Shown here in pieces: positions 37,044-49,914 of a stretch of DNA of 64,000 nucleotides (its first letter is position 1; every line of letters begins with the position of its first letter). The notes beneath the pieces are model-generated. The model ran no database searches. It worked only from the letters and a program-made list of their open reading frames with translations, and was not told the origin of the DNA. This DNA is from Octopus bimaculoides (taxonomy: Eukaryota), in assembly GCF_001194135.2 (NCBI RefSeq), contig NC_068989.1, positions 52,031,357-52,095,356 of the forward strand. Direction: 5' to 3'. The translations under genes were made by a program, and so were the position numbers.

Positions 37044-37263
37044 CAATAATGTAGCTCCATAGATCACTTCCAGAAAGCTAAGCTTTCTATCCAACAATGC
37101 AGCTCTAGCAATATTTTACTGCCACGTGTTTAAACTACTGTGAATAGCAGCAATTAAGGTAGAGTAATTAAAGTAAAGTAATTAAACTACTACCAATTGG
37201 AGTAATTAAAGTAGAGTCGAAATAAAAAGAAACCTCTCTTAAATTACCAGAGGTCCCTAATCA

Positions 37264-37662
37264 TTTATCCCTTATCTTTTGCTTGTTTCAGACATTAGAC
37301 TGCGGCCATGCTGGAGCACTGCCATAAGGAATTTTTAGTCGAATAAACTGACACCCAGTACTTATTTTTTTTTTAGTCCTAGTAGTCATTCTGTTGGCCT
37401 CCTTTGCTGAACCGCTATGTTACGGAGACGTCAACACACCAACACCGATTGTCAAATGGTAGTGGTGGGGGTCAAATACAGACAGGATCACACACATATC
37501 TACGACGGGTTTTCAGTTTCCCTCTATCAAATCTACTAACAAGGCTTTGCTCGCCCTTAGGCTACCGTGGAAGACACTTGCCCAAGTAGCCACNNNNNNN
37601 NNNGGGGGGTGAACATGGAACCATGTCATCTGGAAGCAATTTTCTTACCACGCACCCACGCC
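37264..37662 (-). mobile_element. Near full-length tRNA-derived SINE (family c)
   Basis: Minus strand: ggcgtgggtgcgtggtaagaaaattgcttcc head, cttgggcaagtgtcttc core, tail tgctccagcatggccgcagtctaatgtctgaaacaag. Confidence 0.85.
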
Positions 37663-38294
37663 GGCGTCTAATGAAAATTAAACAATGAAGGGTCGCTGAG
37701 GAAAACCGGACAATTGGAAAGTTACGCGCTATAGCAAATCGCCTTTTCTTATGCAAAACAACACACGACTATTTTATCGATCGGCTAACTAATCGATGAA
37801 CAGAGCATGCTTCAAAAGCATGCCAAAGATATGGTGGAGTTTCTACAGAAACCATACTGGTCTGTGTTCATTGTCTGTCAGAAGTTTAAATGTTCGTGCG
37901 TTCTATGTACTTAATATTTAGCAAACAGTCACCGTACAAAGCAGCTCATTTTGTGTGAAACCAGTAGGTGTATATAAAGCTACAAGAATATTTGTATGAT
38001 AAAGAGTGATAAATCATTAAAATCAAAGCTTGACTTATAAATATCCATTCATTTATGAAATTATATTAATTTATAAGCCATTTACGTTTAATAGCAGTGA
38101 AATCCTCTTAATTATGATAAAACTATTCAATAAATTTTGTTCTAGTGTCCAGCTGTTTGACTCAAAATTACTGCTCAGAGAATTACACGATTTATAGAAT
38201 TGTAATTATCTGGAAAACGCAGACACATACACAGATACATCACACACACATGCACACATATGCACATACACACGCTCACATACATATTATCTTA

Positions 38295-38470
38295 TTTCTT
38301 TTCTTTGCTTCCGTCATTAAACTGTAGCCATGCTGGGGCTCCACCACGTAGAATTTTAGTCGAAAGAATAGACGGTGTCTTTTGTTTGACCGACAGTTTT
38401 CAGGGAGGGAAATGTAAACTCACCATCACCGGTTGCCAAGCGTTAGTGGAGACAAGCACAAGCATAAAAA
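38295..38470 (-). mobile_element. SINE family c, 3' half
   Basis: actgtagccatgctggggctccacc..tagtcga..caccggttgccaagcg matches 37264-37460. Confidence 0.75.
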
Positions 38471-39029
38471 TCACACACACACACACACACACATACACAC
38501 AGAGGCACGCACATGTAAATATATATATATATGTATGTATGTATGTATTATGTGCGTGTGTATGAAGATGAATGTGTGTGTTTGTTTGTATGCGTGTGTG
38601 TATGTGTGCACACGCCTGTTAGTGTAACCGATTTTGTAGGTTAGTGATTAGACTTAACATTCATTTCAGAATTTCATCTTCATCTTAAATTTTCCAAAGA
38701 TTTCAATCCTATGTTATGACGGTGAGATTTAAGGGAAATTTGATGTGCATATCTACCAGAGAATTTCAAAGTTGGTTCAGGGACGCACGTAGCTATAATA
38801 TGCAGATTAGATTTTCTTGCTGTCACAGTCCTCTCGTTGACATAACACGATTTATAGTATTTAATACATCATATATCTAAAACAAAAGTATCGTTTGAAA
38901 CAATGTTAGCATAAAATTAAAGAAATGGACAATATTCCCAGCCTCTTTCTAGAGGAAATATTGCCGTTCATAGATGGCTGTATTTCGACGTTCATAGACG
39001 GTGGTATTTACTAAATTATTTTCTGTTTT

Positions 39030-39622
39030 CGCACAAATATATTTCCACTTTGAGTTTTGGTTATGTTCTTCTTGAGAATGTTCAATGCAGGATAAGATGA
39101 CTTTTCTCTAGTCTCCGGACCATACAAATGTGCTTCAGCTCATAACAAAAGGTCATATTGTAGGGGTGTGTCCTGAGATCATCCTTCAGCACTTGATACG
39201 TCGATATTAGGCTTACTGGTGCTGTGGCAGCCAATTTTCGGACGAGAAGACGGGGATTTCGCCGTATCTTTTCTCTCGTAATTTAATATACTTACGGTCC
39301 ACACACTTCTTTCTCGACCAAGTCCAGGTGGACAGTGGTGGAACCAGTCTCTTGAAATTTCTTGATAATTTTCTAGAATGTTGTCCGGTTAATTTTAAGC
39401 TTTTTCTCTATAGCTGTATTACTTTCGCCTCGTTTGTGTCTGGTTAAGATTGTAATTCGGCCTATAGTCATTATCTGATTTATAAATTTGAATTTATTTA
39501 GTCTGAAAGAAAAAGAAGATTACACTGGGCTTTTATAATGATGTATAATTTTCATATCTTATCACATTTATTGATAGTTATGTAATCTCGAGACTCGGTT
39601 GCCTTAATTTCGGGACACCCTT
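39030..39622 (-). mobile_element. Tc1/mariner 5' end: terminus + transposase N-terminal HTH remnant
   Basis: TA at 39623-39624 then aagggtgtcccgaaatt; ATG 39471 gives MTIGRITILTRHKRGESNTAIEKKLKINRTTF*KIIKKFQETGST..TREKIRRNPR..RKLA..VLKDDLRTHPY. Confidence 0.8.
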
Positions 39623-40102
39623 TATGTACGTATGCCTCGGTGTGTGCGTGTCATCAGTTAGTCCGAAAATTTATGTTGATTTTGTTTAAAAACTTTTCAA
39701 ATGAAAAACTTTGCTTTGGTCAAAATGTGATTCTGATCGTTTTTCTCACCACTTCAGATAATATGAAACTGCATATTTCTATTGTAAAAATCAATTTTCC
39801 AGTTACTGAAACATTTAAAATGATCTTTTCCCGTTGCCTGATTTCGAAACCGTTTTCAAAGTATCAATGCTGAAACGAACAGATACACCAGTAGAAGATT
39901 GCTCATTGCGAAAATAAGGGGATTAATCAAAGTCCCGATATTTCAAAATCATTTTATTTCTGAATCCTCCGCAGAAAATGGAAATCTGCCTGATATGATC
40001 AGTTTAATAACCATTATGATTTCAATGATTATTCTCAAATCCCTGGCGGTATTTTTGTATGCAGGAAATGTTCGCCCCGAATGTCGGAAGTACTCAAAAA
40101 TT

Positions 40103-40110
40103 CAGCTAAA

Positions 40111-40182
<72 letters not shown>

Positions 40183-40200
40183 ATTGATGTTGTTGTTTTT
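40103..40200. repeat. (GTT)n microsatellite
   Basis: Direct inspection. Confidence 0.97.
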
Positions 40201-41976
40201 GCCGCAGCTCTTTTTGTTGGAATTGGTCTTGTGGACATTTCCGTTGTTTTTATGCAGTTAAGGTCGTGTTTTGAGAAATCCTTTGAGATTTCATCTCAAC
40301 TGATGAAAATTTTTATCACGTTTGACTACTCTTTCAAAGTGTGATCACTTCGATTCTGTAAAAGCAGATTTCCTAACATTGATATTCATGGCTTGTAGTC
40401 ACTTTCTGCCATACAACAACATTGAAGTGATCAACATTTTTAGAAAACTTCATCCGTGTTATTGCATTTTTATATCTCATCTATGACTGTACAGGCAACT
40501 GTTACATTTCAATATGAAATAGGAGACTATTCTTTGAGGCGAATTTGGCGTTTATATAACGCAAAATCTTTTTTACCTTGGCGCCAAATAATCTTCGTTG
40601 TTTCAAAATTTGAAATAACTTGTGCAGAATTTGTGTGTTTATGTATATGTAAACTGTTAAATGAGATTTTTGTTTTTAAATATATTAAGAAAAAAAACAA
40701 AATATTAATGAATATCAATCCTGAGATCTGAGTCTAATTTGATGTAAAATTCAAGTTGCTTCGGAGATCAAGTCTTGGTTAATTGTTCCTCAAAACTTAT
40801 ATCGCCACAGAGCATTTGGTAATTATTTGATCATAATATCAACATTTTATCAGCTCAAATCTTCCCTTAGATCTTAACACATTCATAATTATACTACATT
40901 TCCAGACAACTAAGTATTTACCTTTAATCAAAATAGAAATGTAAATCAGAAAAGAAATTATTTACGAAATGTATGCAATCAAAAATAATGTATAACCTTT
41001 AATAAACTAGAAACAATAAAAATTAAACTTACGTGGTTAACTTCCTATATATACACAGACAGACAGACATATATNNNNNNNNNNATATATATATATATAG
41101 TAAATCCCCCAAAAGATGAAGAACAAACATAAAAAGCAACAACACGCTAAGAGAAAGAAAGAAAAGTATTTTAATGTTTCGAGCAAAGCACTTCTTCAGA
41201 AACAGGAGACAGAGGAAAGTCCGATAGAAAAGGAAGATGAAGGGAAAAAATCGCCAACGATTCAAATGTGGTTACTTTTTGAAATTATGTTGCTCTTGTT
41301 GTTGTTATTGTTTCCACCTGCTTTGTAGCTAGTAGTTGAAAATGCTGAAAAGAAAACTCTTTTCTAACTACTTATTTCTATCAACGAAATTCTTATCGAG
41401 TGAGGAAGTTTTGTTTCATCGTTATATCGAGTGTTATAATGTTACATGCTTTAGCACACATAGCTACTAAAATTTATCCACGATTCATGGTAAGATTAGT
41501 TTTCTCATGTAGTGTTTATAACATGGTATGGTGCATGTGTGCTTCTATAATATACTTCCAGGGAAATGCAATTCATATATCTTGCATTAATATACATCTC
41601 ATCTTGAATATTTGACCTAGTAATATTTTTCAGTGTCAAATACAGGAAGTATTGCTTGTCGGATGATGACGTTAGGCCCTTGTAGTGTGAGAAAGACGGT
41701 TCTGCAGTTTCGTTCAGGACACGCTGCACAATTGTTTATAAAACATCAACAAACTCACTCTATCAAATTGACGTTGCCTAAGCAGGTGTACATTGTACAA
41801 CACACCAGATGTAAAACTGATCGGAGAACAAGGTTATTTGAAATGTTTTGCACATGAACACAACGCCGCACACCACCCTATCCAGAAATTGAAACAACGA
41901 TCTCGTGATCGTGAGTGCATCACTCTAGCTATTAGCCCGTGCGTTCTCACATTTTTTGTATTATATATATTTGTAA

Positions 41977-42299
41977 GTGAAGGCACGTGGATAAGTGGTT
42001 AGTATATTCAGGTCACGATCGTATGGTAGTGAGCTCGATTCCCGGTGGCCCGTCGTGTCCTTCAGTAAAACACTTTATTTAATGCCTCTCCAGTTCACTC
42101 AGCTAGCAAAAAGGAGTTGTACTTGTGATTCAAAGGGCCGGCCATATCACAATCTGTGTCACGTTGAAATCTCTCTGAGAGGTACGTTAAGAGTATGCAT
42201 GTGTGTGGCGTACTGTGTAACTTGCACAGTATTTTCACGAGTCGGCTGTTCCGTTGATCGGATCAACTGTAACCCTCGACGCTGTGACCAACAGAATGC
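41977..42299 (+). mobile_element. Full-length tRNA-derived SINE (family a)
   Basis: A-box-like gtggataagtggttag, B-box-like gctcgattcc, central gtgtccttcagtaaaacactttattt..ccagttcactcagct domain reminiscent of CORE/Meta-SINE cores. Confidence 0.88.
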
Positions 42300-43964
42300 T
42301 ATATTTGTAATCCTCATCAGATGCACGTCAATGCTATGGTCTATAGCTAAAGTTTTTCAATATTTTACTTAAAATATATTTAGGTACAAATTGAATTTTC
42401 CGATGATTAAGATAAATATACTCACTTAAAATGCTTAAGCTCAATGATTTCACATTCAAATTTCATGGATAACATACGAGGTCTAAGCAATAAGTATAAG
42501 GACTGTTGCTATAATAACGAAGGTAAAGCATCAAAGTGGAATATTCCATTAATATTCCGAGCTGTCTGTGACGCTGTATTTCCAAGAAAGAGCTCATATT
42601 TCAAAACTGTACGAATTTCCAACTTATCCATTTGTAAACAAAAATATTAAAAAATGATTTAGAAATACTTTATAAAGCGCAAAATGAGTTAGAATAAACA
42701 AATAGATGAGTCAGCTTTCTAAAAAAAAATAAATGTTGTCAAAATATAATAATGACGCAAAATGAGCACCTGTCAAAGTTTACCATATACCTTACTACAA
42801 ATTTTATTATTGACGACCTAATAGATAGATAGAGAGAAAGATTACTGGATAGATAGATCGATTGATCGATGAATCGATATATATANNNNNNNNNNNNNNN
42901 NNNNNNNNNNNNNNNNNNNNNNNNGAGAGAGAGAGAGAGAGAGAGAGAGAGTCTGAGAGATGAGAGAGGTTTTGAAGCATTGTGTTATAAGAAAATAAAT
43001 GAAATTTATGAGAATATTTCTTGCAATACGAAGTGAAAATTAATATTTTTTCAATTCCTTATATGCGCGTGATTCAAACATACATGGAGAAATAATGAAA
43101 AAGATGTATTGAAAACCATGGACAGTGTTTGACTATCAGCACTGCTCTGAAGGATATTCTATGTTTGGTTGTGTGTGTGTGTGTGTGTGGTGGGGGGTGC
43201 ATGTGTGTGGTGGTGGTGGTGGTGGTGGTGGTGCGTGTGTGTGTTTGTGCGTGCGTATGTGTCTGTTTGCTTGCGTGTTGTGTGTGATCTGTGTGTAGGG
43301 GTGGGGGTTAGCGCAATGGTCTTTACCCTTTTCTACCAACCAAAGTGCCTCAAATGTCAGATTTAATATCCGACTCTTTTCTAATATAGATTCTCTCTCG
43401 TTTTTTCGCTAAAACTCGAACCCTATATTAATAAGAGACACGCACACAATAGGTATTTCAGTGCAGTGATTTATATCTATATTAGAATTATCATAACCAG
43501 AGACGTGTATATCCATACTTGCCTATGAATATCTCTTCGCTTGTCATTCAATGTTATTACTGAATTAACAGGAGAGATACTGAAAAGATTTACCATATAA
43601 GAAGCGTATTAATAAATAAACAGTAAGTATATAAGCCACCAAGTATTAATACACGAACCGATATTTTTAGCGTTGAAGAGAATATGCTAAAAAACTATTC
43701 TCGGGTTAAACTGTCTCTTACCGAAAAGGATAAAAACGAATGACACCAAAACAGAAATAGGAAAACCACCTACACATATCACGATTATATATAGATGCCC
43801 ATACACACATCAATACACATGTACATATATAACCAAAACTATAGTTAATTAACTAATCGTTAATTGTTCTTGTCACGAACAGAATTAACTAGCCTAAGAG
43901 ACTTGAGATCCTTGAACCACTGGAATATCCAAGGTGTAATAGCAGGAAGAAGACACAGTAGCCT

Positions 43965-44030
43965 CAATACTCATTTTCAGCGCTGAAGACACTGAAGTAA
44001 GAGAAAATGAAATGCTTTACTCGCGCTCGT
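43965..44030 (-). mobile_element. SINE core fragment
   Basis: actcattttcagcgctgaagacactgaagtaagagaaaatgaaatgctttactc resembles the reverse complement of the family-a core. Confidence 0.5.
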
Positions 44031-44299
44031 AGCATGAAGTCTGATCTATGAGTATTAAAGATTGTACAGACCTGGTATTGGAAATAGAACTCATACAAAG
44101 GAATAGAGAATAAAATGGAGGCAGTTACGAGTGCAGGTAGTGCTGTAGAACATTTTGTACCTAACTGGGATTGAAGCTCCATCAAATCAAGTGTTTGATG
44201 AAATCAAAAGTGTGTAGGTCATCTAACCCTCAAATCCTCCCTGGAGTTAAACCATACTGAAGTGATAAATGTTTCAGTTGAAGCTCTTTCCAAAACTTT

Positions 44300-45780
44300 C
44301 AGTCAAGATACCTCTTCCGTAGATGAGACAACGAAGAAATTAAAGCTTATTTGGCCAGTTATAAAACTTACGAAGACAAAGTGTGCAAAATGCTCCATAA
44401 AATTAAGGGGTCATCTTAGACTAGTGGAATATGCTTGCATGCACAATCTGCGAGAAAGGTGTTAAATTATTTACAATAAAGGAGGGTGGGAAAAGAAACT
44501 ACTTGCTAAACCGAGCGAAAAGAGGCAAAAAAGTAAGATAAAACAGTTAAAAAGTGAGAAGATGTGGTCACCCTTGAAATAATCCAGATGCGAGGAGGAA
44601 GAAGGTTTTTTTTTAGTTTTGTATGAAGATCTTGAAAAAAAGAGTAATAACATGAGACAAAATCAAGATTCAAATTTCTATGCGATGATTTCTACAACAA
44701 GAATTAGAGAAATTCGTGATGTAGGCAAGAATGAAGAATGTATCAGAAAGTGATGAAGTACCATATAAAGTGTACAAGTATCAAAATCAATTACGTTATA
44801 ATCTTTGCCCACTCTTTCGAGGGGTGTGGTGTAAAGACGTACCGGTTGATAACTGGTGCAAGGCGGAAGGATTGTACTTATCAAAGGAAGATGAATCAGA
44901 ACTGATTGCCCAACTTCGATCCTGAATGTAGATTACAAGATTTATATGGGAATACTTGCTAAGAGAACTGCTAAATACCTTCACGATAACTACTATGTGA
45001 CTAAAAATGTTCAGAAGCTTCGCAAGCTTGGAATCCTCGGAATTCTCTGGTGTGTGGAACATGCATGTTCTGTCTGGGATGCGATACAAAATGAAAAACA
45101 AAAATAAGTTTCAAATTTGCATGGCTGGACCTGGTTAATGCTTATGATTCTATACTTCACACATTGATGATCAAAGCGATGGAATTCAGTCATAGACAGA
45201 AGATGATTGAAGTTTTAAAGAACGTCTTTGACAACTTGAAAGTACGGCTCATGACGGACTGGCACCATTTAAAATTTAGAATTGCTTCGAGTCATCTGGT
45301 TTGTGTTTGTTACAGAGATGCTATTTTGATCAACAGATATCTGAAAAGATACAACTAAAATGAAATTATCAAATAAGGCATACATTATTGACATAAGAAT
45401 ACTAGTAAGAGACCAAATGCCTGTGAAAATATTTCTGGATAGACTGGATGAACGTAACACCTGTTCAAGAATGCGAATAAGGCATTCTGACTTTTGTGAA
45501 AGGTTGGCAGAAACACTTGACGTTCAATATAGAAGTGGAAACCATGCCAACAGTTAAAGACAAACTCGTAAGAAACTTAGATCGATGATATGCTAGTTCA
45601 TTCTATGGTAAATGTAGGAGCATTGACATCATAGCAGAAATAGACAGGTCAAAACTGCCGGGCAAACACAAGACCTAGTCTCTATGACGGAACTATAAGA
45701 TTTTCATGAGTGGTACATACATGTCCCTGGAACGTATTGAAAATAAAATACAGGTTATAGATCCTGATACGAAATATTAA
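44300..45780 (+). mobile_element. Decayed HERO-like (RLE-type) non-LTR retrotransposon, RT region
   Basis: VPYKVYK, LNVDYKIYMGILAKRT (44922), CVEHA, WLDLVNAYDSILHTLMIKAMEF (45122), IDRSKLPGKHK; multiple frameshifts and deletions. Confidence 0.8.
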
Positions 45781-46527
45781 AACAAAATTAAAATGCCATT
45801 AGTGAGAAAGTTCTAGATGTAAAATATATATGACTTTTAAAAGAAATATCATGCAACGAGGTTTTGAGAAGACATTCTTTAAAATAAAACAGTTATGAAT
45901 GAAATATACTAATTTAATAAACAAAATACCAATTTAATAAACAAATGAATTGTATGGGAAACAATAATACCAATGGAAAATCGTGTATAGAAGTAAGGAA
46001 ATATAAAAACATATTTTAAATAATGCGGTGTTATTTGATATTCCAAGTGTATTGAGGAAATAAAATGAAACCTAGAATATGTGCGTGATAGTATGCGAGA
46101 AGTGAAATTTATTATGGTGTTATCAAGTAAGGAGATTTATATTGAGTTAGATGATGCATGAATGCGAGCTTGGTTTGTAGAATTCCAGATCGTAAACACA
46201 AACACAAAGGAGACATGGACAGAATTCATAGGTTTTCACGTAGAACAATTGTTAATCCACGCTGAATGTACGGTAGTTTTTCTATATAACAATTGAGAAA
46301 TATTTTGATAAACTCTAACCTGGTTATAAAAATTAGAGATGATACGTTCCAAAATAATACTCCTTCAATCTAACATAAGAAAGTAGCCTCCGCATATGTT
46401 GATATATATGTATATATGTTTGTGTGTATTTGTGTGTATGTGTAAGTATGTGCGCTTGCCTGTGCAAGTAAGTATGTTTATGTGAATATGTATATACTCA
46501 CACACGCATACCTATATATATATATAA

Positions 46528-46537
<10 letters not shown>

Positions 46538-46574
<37 letters not shown>

Positions 46575-46641
46575 TGTGCTTGTGTTTGTGTGTGCGCGGG
46601 TGCGTGTGTGTATATACAGAGATAGCCAGATAGAAAAACAG

Positions 46642-46712
<71 letters not shown>

Positions 46713-46749
46713 TTGAGTGATAGACAGAGAGAGAGACAGACAGACAGAC

Positions 46750-46806
<57 letters not shown>

Positions 46807-46822
46807 TATAGATAGATAGATA
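46538..46822. repeat. Compound (GT)n-(GA)n-(GACA)n-(GATA)n microsatellite block
   Basis: Direct inspection. Confidence 0.95.
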
Positions 46823-47290
46823 GAAAAACTGACAGGCAGATTGGTATGTAAATAAAATTAATTACTTTAAGCAAAAGAAGGCGTGAGCAGGAAGATTTTT
46901 TAAATATGTTGTTGTAAAAGTGACTGGGTAAAGTAGGCGTTGAGGATGACAAAATGTGTAAAGTAGATAAGCCTGGCGGTGTAATGCTTGCTGGAGGTAT
47001 GAAAGCAGAAATATATGAGCAGCAGAGAACATTCAGTTGGGGGAAACAAAACATGCTAGAAAATGTGCGTAAATGACTGGAAAGCAATCAACGGATTGCT
47101 GTATATACTCTCGGTATAATCCACGATGCTTTTGTACTTAAAACACCATCGATATAGGTGTAGGCGGCTAGTAGGGATGAACTATTTTCTAAATTTTGCA
47201 GTTAGACGAGGAAAAGATGTAATGGCCCATATACAAGACGCTTTGAAACCAAGAGAGTAACAGTCAGTTCTTGATATACATGTGTTTATA

Positions 47291-47506
47291 AGGCGACGAG
47301 CAAGCAGAATCGTTAGCACGCCAGGCGATATGCTTAGCGGTATTTCGTCGGCCGCTCCATTCTCAGTTCAAATTCCGCCGAGGTCGACTTTTCCTTTCAT
47401 TCTTTCGGGGTCGATAAATTAAGTACCAATTGCGTACTGGGGTCGATCTAATCAACTGGACCCCTCCCCCAGCAAACTTCATGCCTTGTGCCTATAGTGG
47501 AAAAAA
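47291..47506 (+). mobile_element. Full-length tRNA-derived SINE (family b)
   Basis: gcagaatcgttagcacgccaggcgatatgcttagcgg..cagttcaaattccgccgaggtcgac..ggggtcgat..ccttgtgcctatagtggaaaaaa. Confidence 0.88.
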
Positions 47507-48838
47507 TATATAAATATATGTGTGTTTATGTGTGCATGTATGCTTGTACGTATACATATGTGTACATGCATACGCATGTTGATACGCATATACACACGTA
47601 TGTATATATTTATGCATGTATGCATTTACGTATGTAAGTGTGTAGACATACCTGCGTGTGTGTATATGTGTATGTACATGTAAACGTATGTTTATGTACC
47701 GATTTGTGTGACAGTTTAAGTTGTATATATGACTGTTACTCTGTATATATATAAATATATATATATNNNNNNNNNNNNNNNNNNNNNNNNNNNNNNNNNN
47801 NNNNNNNNNNNNNNNNNNNNNNNNNNNNNNNNNNNNNNNNNNNNNNNNNNNNNNNNNNNNNNNNNNNNNNNNNNNNNNNNNNNNNNNNNNNNNNNNNNNN
47901 NNNNNNNNNNNNNNNNNNNNNNNNNNNNNNNNNNNNNNNNNNNNNNNNNNNNNNNNNNNNNNNNNNNNNNNNNNNNNNNNNNNNNNNNNNNNNNNNNNNN
48001 NNNNNNNNNNNNNNNNNNNNNNNNNNNNNNNNNNNNNNNNNNNNNNNNNNNNNNNNNNNNNNNNNNNNNNNNNNNNNNNNNNNNNNNNNNNNNNNNNNNN
48101 NNNNNNNNNNNNNNNNNNNNNNNNNNNNNNNNNNNNNNNNNNNNNNNNNNNNNNNNNNNNNNNNNNNNNNNNNNNNNNNNNNNNNNNNNNNNNNNNNNNN
48201 NNNNNNNNNNNNNNNNNNNNNNNNNNNNNNNNNNNNNNNNNNNNNNNNNNNNNNNNNNNNNNNNNNNNNNNNNNNNNNNNNNNNNNNNNNNNNNNNNNNN
48301 NNNNNNNNNNNNNNNNNNNNNNNNNNNNNNNNNNNNNNNNNNNNNNNNNNNNNNNNNNNNNNNNNNNNNNNNNNNNNNNNNNNNNNNNNNNNNNNNNNNN
48401 NNNNNNNNNNNNNNNNNNNNNNNNNNNNNNNNNNNNNNNNNNNNNNNNNNNNNNNNNNNNNNNNNNNNNNNNNNNNNNNNNNNNNNNNNNNNNNNNNNNN
48501 NNNNNNNNNNNNNNNNNNNNNNNNNNNNNNNNNNNNNNNNNNNNNNNNNNNNNNNNNNNNNNNNNNNNNNNNNNNNNNNNNNNNNNNNNNNNNNNNNNNN
48601 NNNNNNNNNNNTATATATATATATATATATATATGTTCCTTTCACCACCGTCTAACGGTGAATAGATACAATGCCTTAGATACATACATATAAATATACA
48701 CCTTCTTATACATCTGTACAAGCACACACAGCCATACAAACACGTATACATACACATACATACGTATAAATTTACAGTATACACATATATACGTTTATCC
48801 ATCCACACATACATACACACATACATACACACATACAT

Positions 48839-48869
<31 letters not shown>

Positions 48870-49914
48870 CACATATATATATAATTANNNNNNNNNNNNN
48901 NNNNNNNNNNNNNNNNNNNNNNNNNNNNNNNNNNNNNNNNNNNNNNNNNNNNNNNNNNNNNNNNNNNNNNNNNNNNNNNNNNNNNNNNNNNNNNNNNNNN
49001 NNNNNNNNNNNNNNNNNNNNNNNNNNNNNNNNNNNNNNNNNNNNNNNNNNNNNNNNNNNNNNNNNNNNNNNNNNNNNNNNNNNNNNNNNNNNNNNNNNNN
49101 NNNNNNNNNNNNNNNNNNNNNNNNNNNNNNNNNNNNNNNNNNNNNNNNNNNNNNNNNNNNNNNNNNNNNNNNNNNNNNNNNNNNNNNNNNNNNNNNNNNN
49201 NNNNNNNNNNNNNNNNNNNNNNNNNNNNNNNNNNNNNNNNNNNNNNNNNNNNNNNNNNNNNNNNNNNNNNNNNNNNNNNNNNNNNNNNNNNNNNNNNNNN
49301 NNNNNNNNNNNNNNNNNNNNNNNNNNNNNNNNNNNNNNNNNNNNNNNNNNNNNNNNNNNNNNNNNNNNNNNNNNNNNNNNNNNNNNNNNNNNNNNNNNNN
49401 NNNNNNNNNNNNNNNNNNNNNNNNNNNNNNNNNNNNNNNNNNNNNNNNNNNNNNNNNNNNNNNNNNNNNNNNNNNNNNNNNNNNNNNNNNNNNNNNNNNN
49501 NNNNNNNNNNNNNNNNNNNNNNNNNNNNNNNNNNNNNNNNNNNNNNNNNNNNNNNNNNNNNNNNNNNNNNNNNNNNNNNNNNNNNNNNNNNNNNNNNNNN
49601 NNNNNNNNNNNNNNNNNNACTCCTAAAGAAACAAAAGTTTTGACCACACTATTCAATTTACAAAGACAGATATTTGTAATTTGCAGTGACAGTCGGTTCA
49701 ACTTGTCATGCTACCAGAACTGAAGGATGTTATCACGTGTTTCTTGCAGGCAAAAAGAAAGCAAACTATGAATGTTAATCTTAATTTTAATTTTAATATA
49801 TTTTTAATAGTTCTTTTCTCTTTACTTATTCCATTTTGATACATATTTTTGATCAGGTTTTTCAAAAACCGAACCCAATTTTAAGAAAGTAGCATTTTTG
49901 TTCTTATATATATA

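Noticed and set aside
42475-42510. tacgagg..aataagtata mariner-like terminus
   Set aside because: No matching opposite TIR or transposase found
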